From a virus (taxonomy: Duplodnaviria; Caudoviricetes), in the IMG/VR virus record IMGVR_UViG_3300046779_001679, positions 18,530 to 82,529 of that record: a stretch of 64,000 nt of DNA, one strand, 5' to 3'. A program made the translations under genes and the position numbers. Numbering within the stretch: the stretch's first letter is position 1; the number at the start of each line of letters is the position of its first letter. The notes beneath the pieces were generated by a model. It worked only from the letters and a program-made list of their open reading frames with translations. It was not told where the DNA came from and did no database searches. Positions 25,201 to 34,538 of this stretch are shown here, one piece after another.

Positions 25201-28200
25201 AATCCGTGGTCTACATCGTCTGTTGTAAATTGAATATAGGATCCAATAGATGTACCAGATGCTGTTGCAGCTTGTAAATTGTAGCTAGGAGCAAACAATG
25301 CGCCGGTTGTATACATTACACCCTTACCAGACTGGTATCGAATGTATTTTTTACTCATACGAATTGCCTGACTACCGTGCTGTGGGCCACCAGTTCCTAA
25401 CTGTACACCACCGTCGAATGGTCTGTGTACAAAGAATGACTGTGGTCTTGCATAAACAATACCAGTTAATGCAGTAGCAGTATCGATAATACCGTTTGTT
25501 CTTGCAGTATATCTAATAGAATTTAAATTAGGAACTTCTTCAATATAGAACGGGCCTTTTGCAAATAGATGATTAGTTCCAGAACTAGTAATGTCTACCA
25601 ATATGCTCATGCCAGGAACTAAACCGTGATAAGTTGGCCAGGTTACTTGAATTGTTGCAATAGCAACAGTAGTAATAGATGTTGAATTTGCAATACTTCC
25701 AATTGTTGGTTCACTAATAGAAACAGCTGACCAAAATGCAATGTTTGCGCCGCCTACTGCTGTTCCAACAATCGTTGCATTTGTTATTACACCACCTACA
25801 TCAACCCCGGTTACAGTAATAGTTGCATCATTTAAAACATCACTGCCGCCAATATCTGTACCGTCAATTTTTATGACGTCATTAACAGCATATCCAGATC
25901 CTCCCAGGTTAGGTTGTACACTATAAGATCCAACGCTTCTAGTAATATCAAAGGATGCATTAACCCCTGGAGCTATGTTAGTTCCAATCAATGAGTTAAA
26001 TGTAGCATTAATACTTGATGGTAAACCTGCAGAACTAAAAGTTAAAATACTTCCGCCGACACCTGCTGAAACAACTGTAATAGTTAAATCATTAACTCCG
26101 TCTTGTCCGCCTAACACACTTCCAAGAATAACAATTTCTTCTCCAAGTACATACGAGTCTCCAGTTGATGTTATAGTAACATCGTATTCTCCATTGTTTG
26201 TTTGAACATTGAATACTGAATTTGCGCCCGAACCTGTAGTTGTTGACTGTGCTAACCCAGTGTATGAGCGTTCTCCGCTAACACTTGTGCCTGATTGAAT
26301 TGTAGCAATATCAATTGCGCCGCCGCTTATCGAACTAACTGTAATAGTTAAGTCATTAGTAATATCAGTTCCGTCTAATAAACTACCTAAGATAGTTATA
26401 GTATCACCAACTTGGTAATCGGTTCCTTTTAATACTCGTGTAACATTATAGTTACCTGCTCCATCTAAACTAACGTTAAATGATGCGCCAGTTCCTACTC
26501 CGTCAGTTGAAGATTGGAAAATACCAGAGGCAATGTTTAACGAACTAACAGTTGTTATAGAAATTGTCAAGTCATTTGTACCGTCAACACCGTCTAATAA
26601 ACTACCTAAAATTACAACTTGATCAGATGACTGGTAAGAGTTACCAGGATCCACTACTGTTACAGAATACCCACCTAGCCCGTCTAAACTAACATTAAAT
26701 GTGGCATTTGCTCCAGCACCTGTAGTAGACGATTGCGAGATAGCTGTAGCAATATCTAATGAAGTTACTGCTGTAATTGTAATAACAATATCATTAACGC
26801 CGTTTGATCCGCTTAGTTGGCTTCCTAAAATAGTAAGTTCGTCGCCAACATTAAACCCTTGACCGTCTGTGTTCAACGCTACTAGGTATGCACCTGATCC
26901 ACTATCATTAATGTCAAATGTTGCACCTGTACCAGACCCAGTATTAGAGTCCGGAGTTACACCTAAGAACGGTCCAATTGGGGAATTTGCAACACCCGAG
27001 TGAGTAAATGTAAGTATGCCCCCCGATCCGTCTATGGTATCAACTGTAACAGTTAAGTTGTTTACACCGTCTGCACCTTCGAGCACGCTACCTAAAATTG
27101 TAACTACTTCGCCTACAATATATCCAGAACCAATAGTTGATAACGACACACTATATGCACCTGCGCCAGCATCAGTAACGTTAAAAGTTGCGCCTGCGCC
27201 AGTTCCAGATGTTGAAGATTGTATTAAGTTTGTAAATGGTCCAACTGGGGAGTTAGGAGTACCGGCAAATGTAAACGAAACAATATGTTTTCCTAAAACA
27301 GCAGTTCCGCTAGTAAGGTAAGACTCAATACCATTACCTAGTACAGCAGCACCTGCATGATTAACTGTTTCAACTTTTCCGCCAATTACGCTAGCAACTT
27401 TAACAATGATATCATTGTCGCCGTCTACTCCACCTAAGTCAGATCCTAAGATTTTAATTCTTGAGTTAGTAACGTAATCAACACCAGGTGTAGTAACTAA
27501 TAAATTAGTATATTGGCCGTTAACACGTTCAACACTAAAGTCTGCGCCACTGCCGCCCGGAATAACGTTTGTACCGATCACGTTTAGATATGTTTCGGTT
27601 GTGCCGCCTTTAGCAACAGTCATTGGACCATTTAATGCTACATCGTTTCCAGAAATTTCAGTTACAAATATTGCTGTTCCGCTACCGTTATCGATGGCCA
27701 TTCCTTCAAGTATGCCTGTAGTATCATTAACAGAAATAATAGTATCTCCGATTTCAATACTAGAATCAACAACTGCTAATACTTGCTGACCGCCTGTTCC
27801 AACTGTACCTGTAATTTGTGTGCCTGAATTAATGCCTGCAGAACTTAACGGAACACCTAATGCAGGCAATGCACCTGCAACTGCAATTTGAGAAGACCCG
27901 CTAGGTGTTACAAACTTACTAGTAAATGAGCTAGTTTGTCCATTGCTGTAAACGCTAATTGTTGGCGAACCAATGCTAGCACCTGTGTAAAATCCTGCTT
28001 TTCTTAATTGAGTATATGTCGTAGCAAGGATTTGGCCATCAATACTTCCTACCTTTGCAGACGCATAATATGTAAACGAGGTTGGACTTGGCACATCTAG
28101 GACAATAAAAGTTCCTTCTGCTCTGTTAAAGCCAGACACAGTATTTGCCAAAGACCTAATTGTTATCGGAGTTCCTACAGTAAATCCGTGTGCGCTTTGC

Positions 28201-29768
28201 GTAGTAACAGTAATTAAACTTGCACCTACCCCGCCTGTTCCAGTACTTGCATCTGTAATAACAGAAATTACCGGAGTATCTGAGCCCGGAACTTCGTAAA
28301 CGCTTGGGTATCCTCTAGCAATACCAATAGCTTGCCACTTTGTAGGTTGTAGTCCGTACTCAAAGTCAGCATCGAGCATAGATTGAGGTTGTGCAACACG
28401 CATACGTTCAATTGCATCTGTACCAAAATCGTACGGTCTAATCTTTTGTTCTTCACCTTCGACAAAAATTTGAATATCGTCAGATGTACTAGAGTTAGAA
28501 GTATCGGCGTTTAAAGTAATTGTTGTTACATAATCAGCAACTTCCAAGAATCTTACAAAGTCTTCATCCTGAGAGTGAGAGTTACTAGTATATGTAGAAC
28601 TAAAAGAAACTGTTGCGCTTGCTGTTGGATCACTAAAATTATATAAAATTTGGTTTGTAGTTGCATTAGTAATTAATAACAACTTATCTAGTGTATATTG
28701 ACCTTGTAACCTAATAGTAGTTACACCGTTTACCAGTGAAGGGATACTACTAGGTCCGTCTGCAATTACAGTGTTAACTAAGTTAACTAAACTTGTAATC
28801 CTGTTAGCTGCTCCAGCTTCGCCTTCTAAACCGTTAAGCAACTGTCTTGGGTAAGATTGTTGCAACGGTGTATAACTACTAGCTGAAAAAATATTGCTAA
28901 TTAATCCTTCAATAAATGTATGAGTGTCTATTTCAGTTTTTCTATCTCCCAGAATCTGGGGTACATCTCCGTCCCAGTATCTGCTAGCGATTGTTCTAGT
29001 TTTTGCGTTGCCGCCGTATTTTAAATCATTAAGATATGCATCAAATATGTAACCAACATCTCTTTCACATTTGCTGCTATCATATGTATATTCTGCAAAA
29101 TTATAGTCGGAATAAATGATAGCCGGTAAAGTGGACAACCCGCCAGACATTACATTACTTGCTATTGTTGACAACATAAGTGCCCATGCAATTGCGCTAA
29201 TTTCACCCGGTGCTCCGGAAGTGTTTTGGGTGCTAGATACTGGACTCTGTTGTGATACATAAGGGGTAGCTGTTAAAATGTAATCAGAAATAAGCTCCCA
29301 TAATTGTGATTGAATTGCAACTTCAACCGGGACGTTAATTACCTGAACTACACCACTCTGATAATACTGACTAGCAACATAACTAACTTGTTCGTTCCCG
29401 CCGTATCTTAAATCGTGTATTAATGCATCAATGAGATATCCCATATCTCTTTTGCACTTTGATATTTCAGTTGGGCCATACTCATACCCGTAGAACAAAT
29501 CTCCTACTACTGAACTTTGAGTAGTTTCAAAAATCCAAGCCGAAATTTCATCTAATATAAATTGTTTGTTGCTAGTTAACAATGCAACAGCAGCAGGGTA
29601 TAAGTTTTGTGCAGTATCTTCCGCTACCTTTGATGCAATATAAGCAGTTGACTCTTTAATAATAAAAGTCTTGTTAGCACTTAATAAAGAATACGCATTT
29701 GGGTAAGCATTGGTTGAGCTAGATACCCCTGGTAAAAATACGTAATTTGCTATTCTTTTCTTTGCCAT
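22233..29768 (-). CDS. Giant modular virion protein (2511 aa; baseplate/fibre-associated)
   Basis: N-terminal helical CxRD domains, seven Gly-rich beta repeats, a lectin-like region and four C-terminal F(T/S)xxSW repeats; GGAG SD. Confidence 0.8.
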   Translation of the reverse strand: MAKKRIANYVFLPGVSSSTNAYPNAYSLLSANKTFIIKESTAYIASKVAEDTAQNLYPAAVALLTSNKQFILDEISAWIFETTQSSVVGDLFYGYEYGPTEISKCKRDMGYLIDALIHDLRYGGNEQVSYVASQYYQSGVVQVINVPVEVAIQSQLWELISDYILTATPYVSQQSPVSSTQNTSGAPGEISAIAWALMLSTIASNVMSGGLSTLPAIIYSDYNFAEYTYDSSKCERDVGYIFDAYLNDLKYGGNAKTRTIASRYWDGDVPQILGDRKTEIDTHTFIEGLISNIFSASSYTPLQQSYPRQLLNGLEGEAGAANRITSLVNLVNTVIADGPSSIPSLVNGVTTIRLQGQYTLDKLLLITNATTNQILYNFSDPTASATVSFSSTYTSNSHSQDEDFVRFLEVADYVTTITLNADTSNSSTSDDIQIFVEGEEQKIRPYDFGTDAIERMRVAQPQSMLDADFEYGLQPTKWQAIGIARGYPSVYEVPGSDTPVISVITDASTGTGGVGASLITVTTQSAHGFTVGTPITIRSLANTVSGFNRAEGTFIVLDVPSPTSFTYYASAKVGSIDGQILATTYTQLRKAGFYTGASIGSPTISVYSNGQTSSFTSKFVTPSGSSQIAVAGALPALGVPLSSAGINSGTQITGTVGTGGQQVLAVVDSSIEIGDTIISVNDTTGILEGMAIDNGSGTAIFVTEISGNDVALNGPMTVAKGGTTETYLNVIGTNVIPGGSGADFSVERVNGQYTNLLVTTPGVDYVTNSRIKILGSDLGGVDGDNDIIVKVASVIGGKVETVNHAGAAVLGNGIESYLTSGTAVLGKHIVSFTFAGTPNSPVGPFTNLIQSSTSGTGAGATFNVTDAGAGAYSVSLSTIGSGYIVGEVVTILGSVLEGADGVNNLTVTVDTIDGSGGILTFTHSGVANSPIGPFLGVTPDSNTGSGTGATFDINDSGSGAYLVALNTDGQGFNVGDELTILGSQLSGSNGVNDIVITITAVTSLDIATAISQSSTTGAGANATFNVSLDGLGGYSVTVVDPGNSYQSSDQVVILGSLLDGVDGTNDLTISITTVSSLNIASGIFQSSTDGVGTGASFNVSLDGAGNYNVTRVLKGTDYQVGDTITILGSLLDGTDITNDLTITVSSISGGAIDIATIQSGTSVSGERSYTGLAQSTTTGSGANSVFNVQTNNGEYDVTITSTGDSYVLGEEIVILGSVLGGQDGVNDLTITVVSAGVGGSILTFSSAGLPSSINATFNSLIGTNIAPGVNASFDITRSVGSYSVQPNLGGSGYAVNDVIKIDGTDIGGSDVLNDATITVTGVDVGGVITNATIVGTAVGGANIAFWSAVSISEPTIGSIANSTSITTVAIATIQVTWPTYHGLVPGMSILVDITSSGTNHLFAKGPFYIEEVPNLNSIRYTARTNGIIDTATALTGIVYARPQSFFVHRPFDGGVQLGTGGPQHGSQAIRMSKKYIRYQSGKGVMYTTGALFAPSYNLQAATASGTSIGSYIQFTTDDVDHGLQIGGKVRISGVDTTGFNGEYTVVSIQTERIFTVQAQSTLGNRYGYISSNAQVSILNWHGSTVRAGTFDEQNGMFWQYNGKELSVVRRSSTFQLAGVADIEKDTNLVTGTNTRFRDQIKAGDKIVIKGMTHVVTSVPSQTKLYVTPDYRGAKDCVGSKICLVQELVVPQSQFNLDKLDGTGPSGYNLDITKMQMIGMQWSWYGAGFIDFMLRGSDGNYVFAHRIRNSNVNTEAYMRTGNMPVRYEVHNEGASSKLRESITATQTTIPLVDATMFPDESGYIYVDNEVIAFTGKNRNTLTGCTRSASLPQFTGGAPRLFRAGAASTHEVNTGVILISNTITPIISHWGSAFLTDGLFDEDRGYIFNYASTGVQASTTKQTAFLIRLAPSVSNAQVGDLGEKELINRAQLLLQAIEVTSDAGAGGLVVEGILNPQNYPTDPTAITWSALNTSAAGGQPSFAQVAPGGSVSWSGGATTTNATATTTATLSGTATVPNNALFTTISGSNTLYVTKDSWDTLGATTGFAVDASETRFPSGTTITSIAENPSPVATTIGLITGNATIPPSPNFKTAAGVNFLYFTQASWTALNGQIGTAVYSTDFPAGTTVTNVTGPAVAAGQSYYTVTFSNNSLVIHNPVRSTIATYYTIVSGGTATIYFNPAQTYAPYVVGEVITVSGNAGVPQVNGTRTVTACTTQYVQFTGIGGNFNGSSTGSVVNNTSLNFASFSVTGQANVGSTSMNFTQSSWTALPVATAVVGRLVNDPTKFASGTQISTISSLKTFNGVNYYTVTFNNTLLTAQSAGSSLTFDYIPYYVLTLSKTASSNVNFGTTVPFTPSVLSANSSFLYFTKASWETLVNTYNAGIGTTVADVDKFPSGTSIQSISVLSAFAGTQYYRVNFTQSSVTTIAGGSNVTFQFGQPPYALPGETVFSFISTPGGSNSLDLSALKELTNTTLGGRGTYPNGPDVLAINVYKTSGTAVSSNIIIRWGEAQA
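22450..23700 (-). repeat. Four copies of an internal protein repeat [LY(F/V)T..SW..L ... F(P/A)(S/A)GT.I..I ... YY.V.F]
   Basis: LYVTKDSW/LYFTQASW/MNFTQSSW/LYFTKASW paired with FPSGTTI/FPAGTTV/FASGTQI/FPSGTSI. Boundaries approximate. Confidence 0.7.
25780..27570 (-). repeat. Seven tandem Gly-rich beta-sandwich-like repeats of roughly 65-85 aa
   Basis: G.GA.F.V...G.Y.V....G..Y..G..I.ILGS.L.G.DG.NDL.ITV recurs seven times. Boundaries approximate. Confidence 0.8.
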
Positions 29769-29787
29769 TTATTTCTCCGAATTCTTT

Positions 29788-30270
29788 TTACGATAGTGCC
29801 ACTGCAAATGCAATTGACAATGATTTAATGTTTTGGTTGCCTAGATAGATACTATCTGATGCAGTTAAATTTACAAAATTTCCGTTGCCGGGGGTATTTG
29901 TTCCAATATCTATATTATCAATGCTGCCAGTTATAGCTGGTAATAATGTAATAGTTCCACTTGAAGTAACCGTTAACGAGCTAGAATTAATTGCAACATT
30001 ATCGCCTGTTAGGTTGATATTGTTTGTTGTTGATAAATTTACAGATGCTGTACTATTTACGGTTAATCCCGATAGTGTCCCTACTGAAGTTAGATTGCTA
30101 GCTACGATCCCCGATCCTAGACTATTAGTAGTAATAACAGTTTGCCCGGAAATTTTAATAGCTGAGGTGGTATTAAGATTTGCAATTGTAAAGCTGCCGG
30201 TTTCGTCAACTAAAAAGCCCGGGCTTTGAAAACCCTTGTCTGATATAAATGGTTTATAAGTAACTGTCAT
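29788..30270 (-). CDS. Putative virion fibre-associated protein ending in a hydrophobic C-terminal helix
   Basis: 160 aa; SNLTSVGTLSGL, GSIDNIDIG fibre-like strands; ends SLSIAFAVALS. Confidence 0.65.
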   Translation of the reverse strand: MTVTYKPFISDKGFQSPGFLVDETGSFTIANLNTTSAIKISGQTVITTNSLGSGIVASNLTSVGTLSGLTVNSTASVNLSTTNNINLTGDNVAINSSSLTVTSSGTITLLPAITGSIDNIDIGTNTPGNGNFVNLTASDSIYLGNQNIKSLSIAFAVALS

Positions 30271-30272
30271 AA

Positions 30273-30668
30273 TTAGGTTAACAGGTTAGGGTTAATTGTT
30301 TGGTAATAAGATGCGCTGAAATAAACTTTAGCTGGATTTAACACTGGGGTTGCATATAATGTTAATTTTGAATTATTTACTGATGCTTCTAACTCAATAA
30401 CTTTTCCAGTGAGATCAGTTTGGCCGTATGCAGTAATGGCAGCATTGTCTGGGCTAGCTACAATCAAACATTTAATAATTTCTTTAGTGTTTGTACCGGC
30501 ATCTGCAACAATAGTGTAGTCAGCGCTCATGAAGTCACCGACATACCAGCTATCAATTTCTATTTTTTCTATTACATTTACCCAAGGACCGGCATGGGAA
30601 AACTGAGTTCCGTTGGCTAGTTTTAAGGTTCCCCTCAACCCGTTCATGAAAAATTTTGTTATTTGCAT
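30273..30668 (-). CDS. Hypothetical beta-rich virion-associated protein
   Basis: 131 aa; TAAATA box (30684-30689) and AGAGG SD upstream. Confidence 0.65.
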   Translation of the reverse strand: MQITKFFMNGLRGTLKLANGTQFSHAGPWVNVIEKIEIDSWYVGDFMSADYTIVADAGTNTKEIIKCLIVASPDNAAITAYGQTDLTGKVIELEASVNNSKLTLYATPVLNPAKVYFSASYYQTINPNLLT

Positions 30669-30709
30669 TGTAGTCCTCTTACATATTTATCCAACTCAAA
30701 ACTCTTGTT

Positions 30710-30738
30710 TTGCTTTCAAAAAAATGCTAAATTATAGT
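30710..30738 (+). promoter_or_regulatory. Sigma70-like promoter for the GT9-SGNH-carbamoyltransferase operon
   Basis: TTGCTT (30710-30715), 17-nt spacer, TATAGT (30733-30738); AGGA SD before the ATG at 30759. Confidence 0.6.
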
Positions 30739-30758
30739 ATCTTATTATAGGACTTTTT

Positions 30759-31763
30759 ATGACCCAGCGAGCAAAGGCATTTTTTATCAACGGTGGTGCA
30801 GGCCGTGTTATTTGTTCAATTCCAGCATTAGAGAAATATGCAGAGGAAGTTAGCAAAGATTTTATTATTGTATGCGAGGGCGGCACTGACTTTTACAAAG
30901 GCCACCCAGTTTTACATTCGCGTGCATACGATCATTGGCACAAAAACTTGTTCGAAGACAAGTTAGTTAATATGGACTTAGTAAGTCCAGAGCCATACAG
31001 AATTTGGGAATACTATAACCAAAAATGTTCAATTGCACAGGCATATGATATTGCAATTAATAACAAAGGTATTCGAGACCTACAGCGACCGCTGATTAGA
31101 CTAGTTAACGAAGAAATGTATGCTGGTTTCAATGTCATTAAAGAAGTAAAAGAAAAAACTAAAAAAGACAAAGTTGTTGTATTCCAACCCTTTGGTCGTG
31201 GCGTTCGTGCTGAAAATAACATTATCTATGACCCGTCTAACAGATCGTTTGAAGGACAGCACGTTATCAATATTGTTAAAAAGCTACAGAAAAAATACGC
31301 CGTTATTTTTATGAGTGAAATTGGCATTGATTTTTCAAAACATGGATGTAAGGAACCAGTTGCTACTCCACAAAATACTTCACTTAGAACTTGGGCTGGT
31401 ATTATTAATGCAGCTGATTATTTCTTAGGATGTGATTCTGTAGGACAACATCTAGCATATTCGTTTGATGTGCCATCAACTGTCGTAGTAGGGTCAACGT
31501 TTGGAATTAATGTATCCTATCCAAACTACGAAAAGTTTGATGTTTTAGATATGGGTGGTAATATTAGGCAATACAGTCCAATTAGAATTACAATGGACGA
31601 AGTTGCTGATCGTGGTAATGACGGTATTATGATCATGAATGATAAAGTTGAAGATGCAATTGTTGATTCAGTTGTAAAAAATACTGCTAGATTTCCAAAA
31701 ATGCAACAAGCTGATCCAAGTGTTAGTGTAACAGTTGCACCGGATGCAAGTTGCTGTGGTTAA
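30759..31763 (+). CDS. GT9-family (heptosyltransferase-like) glycosyltransferase
   Basis: GGAGRVICSIPA at the N-terminus; VVFQPFG, and IINAADYFLGCDSVGQHLA..F..PSTVVVGST at the C-terminus. Confidence 0.75.
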   Translation: MTQRAKAFFINGGAGRVICSIPALEKYAEEVSKDFIIVCEGGTDFYKGHPVLHSRAYDHWHKNLFEDKLVNMDLVSPEPYRIWEYYNQKCSIAQAYDIAINNKGIRDLQRPLIRLVNEEMYAGFNVIKEVKEKTKKDKVVVFQPFGRGVRAENNIIYDPSNRSFEGQHVINIVKKLQKKYAVIFMSEIGIDFSKHGCKEPVATPQNTSLRTWAGIINAADYFLGCDSVGQHLAYSFDVPSTVVVGSTFGINVSYPNYEKFDVLDMGGNIRQYSPIRITMDEVADRGNDGIMIMNDKVEDAIVDSVVKNTARFPKMQQADPSVSVTVAPDASCCG

Positions 31764-31764
31764 T

Positions 31765-32685
31765 ATGAGAAGATTTTTTGCATTTGGTTGTAGTTATACT
31801 AGCTATTCTTGGCCTACTTGGGCTGATTTAGCTGGCATTGATTACGATTTTTCTAAAAATTGGGGGTTGTCTGGTATTGGAAATAAAGCTATTGCCGAAA
31901 GAGTTTCCGAAGCAAATGCTAGGTACGAGTTTGGTCCAGACGATGTTGTAGTTGTACAGTGGTCAAGTCACTTGCGTAATGACTGGTGGCACATGTATAG
32001 TATGCCTGAAAGACACGCTGGGTGGAAAACTGCTGGCAGTATCTTCAACTACATCAATGAAAAGTTGTATGACAAAAAATGGGTCGATACGTTTTTCTTC
32101 GAACCTGCATATTTCATGCATACCTTAAATCATATCTCATTAACACAAGGGTTGTTAGAATCTACCGGCTGTAAGTGGTATATGTCTAGCATTGGCGACA
32201 TTAGAAACATGGGTGCTGATCTTAGAGATAACGAAGGAATTGGCGAGCAAACCGACTTCTTAAATCCTCGAGACAAAGAACAAGATCTGGTTGCATGGAA
32301 GAAAATTCCAGAATTACAGATTTATGACAAGGCTATTTGGCAGAAATATGCAGATCACTGGCTAACTCCTATGGAACATGCTGCAAAGCAAACCCCAGAA
32401 CACACTTTTGATTTTATCGATACTGTAAGAAAAAATAAAACATTTTTAGATACGCATCCGAGTACACGTCAACATTTGCTATGGGTTGAAAAAGAGCTTA
32501 AAGATAAGTTGCAATTATCTGATAACTCAATTAAAATTGCAAATAAAGTAGCAGATGCTGTTGACCAAGTACATGAAAAATTTAAGTTTAACAAACATAC
32601 ATTTGAATTAATGCTATCTAAGAGAACATTCTTCCCAGAAGATGCTACTAATTTAAAATGGCCTTTTAGATACGAAGGCTTTTAA
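31765..32685 (+). CDS. SGNH/GDSL-like hydrolase or acyltransferase (start revised to 31765)
   Basis: Block I FGCSYT, block II GLSGIGN, VVVQWS strand and C-terminal DTHP. Confidence 0.55.
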   Translation: MRRFFAFGCSYTSYSWPTWADLAGIDYDFSKNWGLSGIGNKAIAERVSEANARYEFGPDDVVVVQWSSHLRNDWWHMYSMPERHAGWKTAGSIFNYINEKLYDKKWVDTFFFEPAYFMHTLNHISLTQGLLESTGCKWYMSSIGDIRNMGADLRDNEGIGEQTDFLNPRDKEQDLVAWKKIPELQIYDKAIWQKYADHWLTPMEHAAKQTPEHTFDFIDTVRKNKTFLDTHPSTRQHLLWVEKELKDKLQLSDNSIKIANKVADAVDQVHEKFKFNKHTFELMLSKRTFFPEDATNLKWPFRYEGF

Positions 32686-32694
32686 AGGAACAAT

Positions 32695-34497
32695 ATGACA
32701 GAAAATAAAAAAGATATTTGGATTGCAGGTATTGCTAGAGGACACAACAGCGGAGTCTGCTTGCTTAAAAACGGCGAGGTTGTTTTTGCTATCGAAGAAG
32801 AGCGTATTAGTCGTCACAAATACGACGGCGGGCCATATGCTACTATGTTAAAGATTCTAGATTACACAGATCATCTAGATTACATGGTAATTGCACACAC
32901 TCAAAAGTTAAGTGAAACAGCCGGTCGTGTTGACTTCTCAGGTGACGATGTATACACTGGCCTTGCTAGAAAACTAGGACTAATTAAACGACATCAAAAT
33001 CCGTTTGATCATCCACAAGTTGTAGACCTAAGTCATGTACATCACAAGTTACATGCCGCGTGTGCTTTTTATCGTTCGGGATTTGAAGAAGCCGCTGCAC
33101 TAATTGTCGACGGCGCAGGAACATTTTTACCATTAATAATCAATGGCGAAAACGTAACTGGTTGGGAAACAGAAAGCATTTATGATTGCTCATATCCTGC
33201 TAACTTTAAAACAAAGTATAAACATATTGGGCTTAGAGGTCCAATGACAGGTGCATTGGTTACAAACTTTGACGGTACAATGTATGACGAACCAGGGTCA
33301 ACTCACGAAGCATTAGTAACAGATCGAGCAGGTATTACAAAAATTTACGAAGCAGTTACACAATATTGCGGATGGTCAAGTATCGAAGCAGGGAAAACAA
33401 TGGGCTTATTCCCATATGGCAAGGAAAATCCAGCAATTCCTCCATTGTTTGACGAATCAGGTATTGCGCCGTTGTCCAACAGAAACTTAGTAGTACCTAC
33501 GTATCCAAACGGTGCTCACATTAATTTTGGATTATTTCCGTTTTTAAACAGCAGTAATGCTGATGACATTACTACTTTAGAAAATCGCAGAGATCTAGCA
33601 TATGCGGTTCAAACACAAACACAAGAGCAGGTTCTTAAATTAATTCGTAAAGCTAGCCAAATGACTGGCCAGAAAAAGGTGGTTATTAGCGGCGGTTATG
33701 GTTTAAACTGTGTTGCTAACTATTTCTACCTCGAGGGTCTTAAAGACGACGGAATTGAAATATATGTAGAACCAATTAGCAACGATGCAGGTACAGCAAT
33801 TGGTGCAGCACTTATGTTCTGGAAGGACATGATGCCAAACAGCACGAATGATTATAGCAAAGATGGCTTGTACCTCGGATTTAAGTATAATTACACTAAC
33901 GAAGATCTTGCAAAAGTTGCAAAAGATCATAATGCGGAAATTACAGATGCTACACACGAAGATGTAGTTGACTTGTTAATGAACAAAAACATTGTATGTT
34001 TCTATCAAGGTCGTAGTGAAAACGGCCCTAGAGCATTAGGTAATCGCAGCATCTTGTTCAATCCAACATACGAGGACGGGAAAGACTTTGTTAACCTAGT
34101 CAAGCGTAGAGAATACTTTAGACCATTTGCAGGCTCTATCTTACAAGAACATGTACATGAGTGGTTTGATCTTAGAGGAATGGAAGATAGTCCATATATG
34201 ATGTATGCTGTTAATTGCCAACCAGGTGTTGAGTCTAAGATTCCTAGCATCATACACGTTGATGGTACATGCCGTATTCAAACTGTTACTAAAGAGCAAA
34301 ACAATCATTATTACGATTTGATCAAAGCATTCTATAATCGTACAAGTGTACCGATTATCTTTAATACTAGCTTTAACCTAGGCGGTGATCCTTTAGTTGA
34401 AACATTAGAAGATGCATTAGACACGCTAGCTAGAAGCGATATCGAATACTTGTATTTGCCAGAGCTAGGCAAGCTAGTTAAAATAGCAAATCAGTAA
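32695..34497 (+). CDS. NodU/CmcH/TobZ-family O-carbamoyltransferase
   Basis: GHNSG..L, EEERISR.K, HH..HAACAF..SGF, VDGAG, SGGYGLNCVAN, NDAGTAIGA, GPRALGNRSIL, KRREYFRPFA, HVDGTCRIQTV, NTSFN. Confidence 0.95.
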   Translation: MTENKKDIWIAGIARGHNSGVCLLKNGEVVFAIEEERISRHKYDGGPYATMLKILDYTDHLDYMVIAHTQKLSETAGRVDFSGDDVYTGLARKLGLIKRHQNPFDHPQVVDLSHVHHKLHAACAFYRSGFEEAAALIVDGAGTFLPLIINGENVTGWETESIYDCSYPANFKTKYKHIGLRGPMTGALVTNFDGTMYDEPGSTHEALVTDRAGITKIYEAVTQYCGWSSIEAGKTMGLFPYGKENPAIPPLFDESGIAPLSNRNLVVPTYPNGAHINFGLFPFLNSSNADDITTLENRRDLAYAVQTQTQEQVLKLIRKASQMTGQKKVVISGGYGLNCVANYFYLEGLKDDGIEIYVEPISNDAGTAIGAALMFWKDMMPNSTNDYSKDGLYLGFKYNYTNEDLAKVAKDHNAEITDATHEDVVDLLMNKNIVCFYQGRSENGPRALGNRSILFNPTYEDGKDFVNLVKRREYFRPFAGSILQEHVHEWFDLRGMEDSPYMMYAVNCQPGVESKIPSIIHVDGTCRIQTVTKEQNNHYYDLIKAFYNRTSVPIIFNTSFNLGGDPLVETLEDALDTLARSDIEYLYLPELGKLVKIANQ

Positions 34498-34510
34498 TTT
34501 TATAGCCAAT

Positions 34511-34538
34511 AAAAAAGCCGCTTTAAGCGGCTTTTTTT
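34511..34538. terminator. Bidirectional intrinsic terminator between convergent operons
   Basis: AAAAAA-GCCGC-TTTAA-GCGGC-TTTTTTT. Confidence 0.9.
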
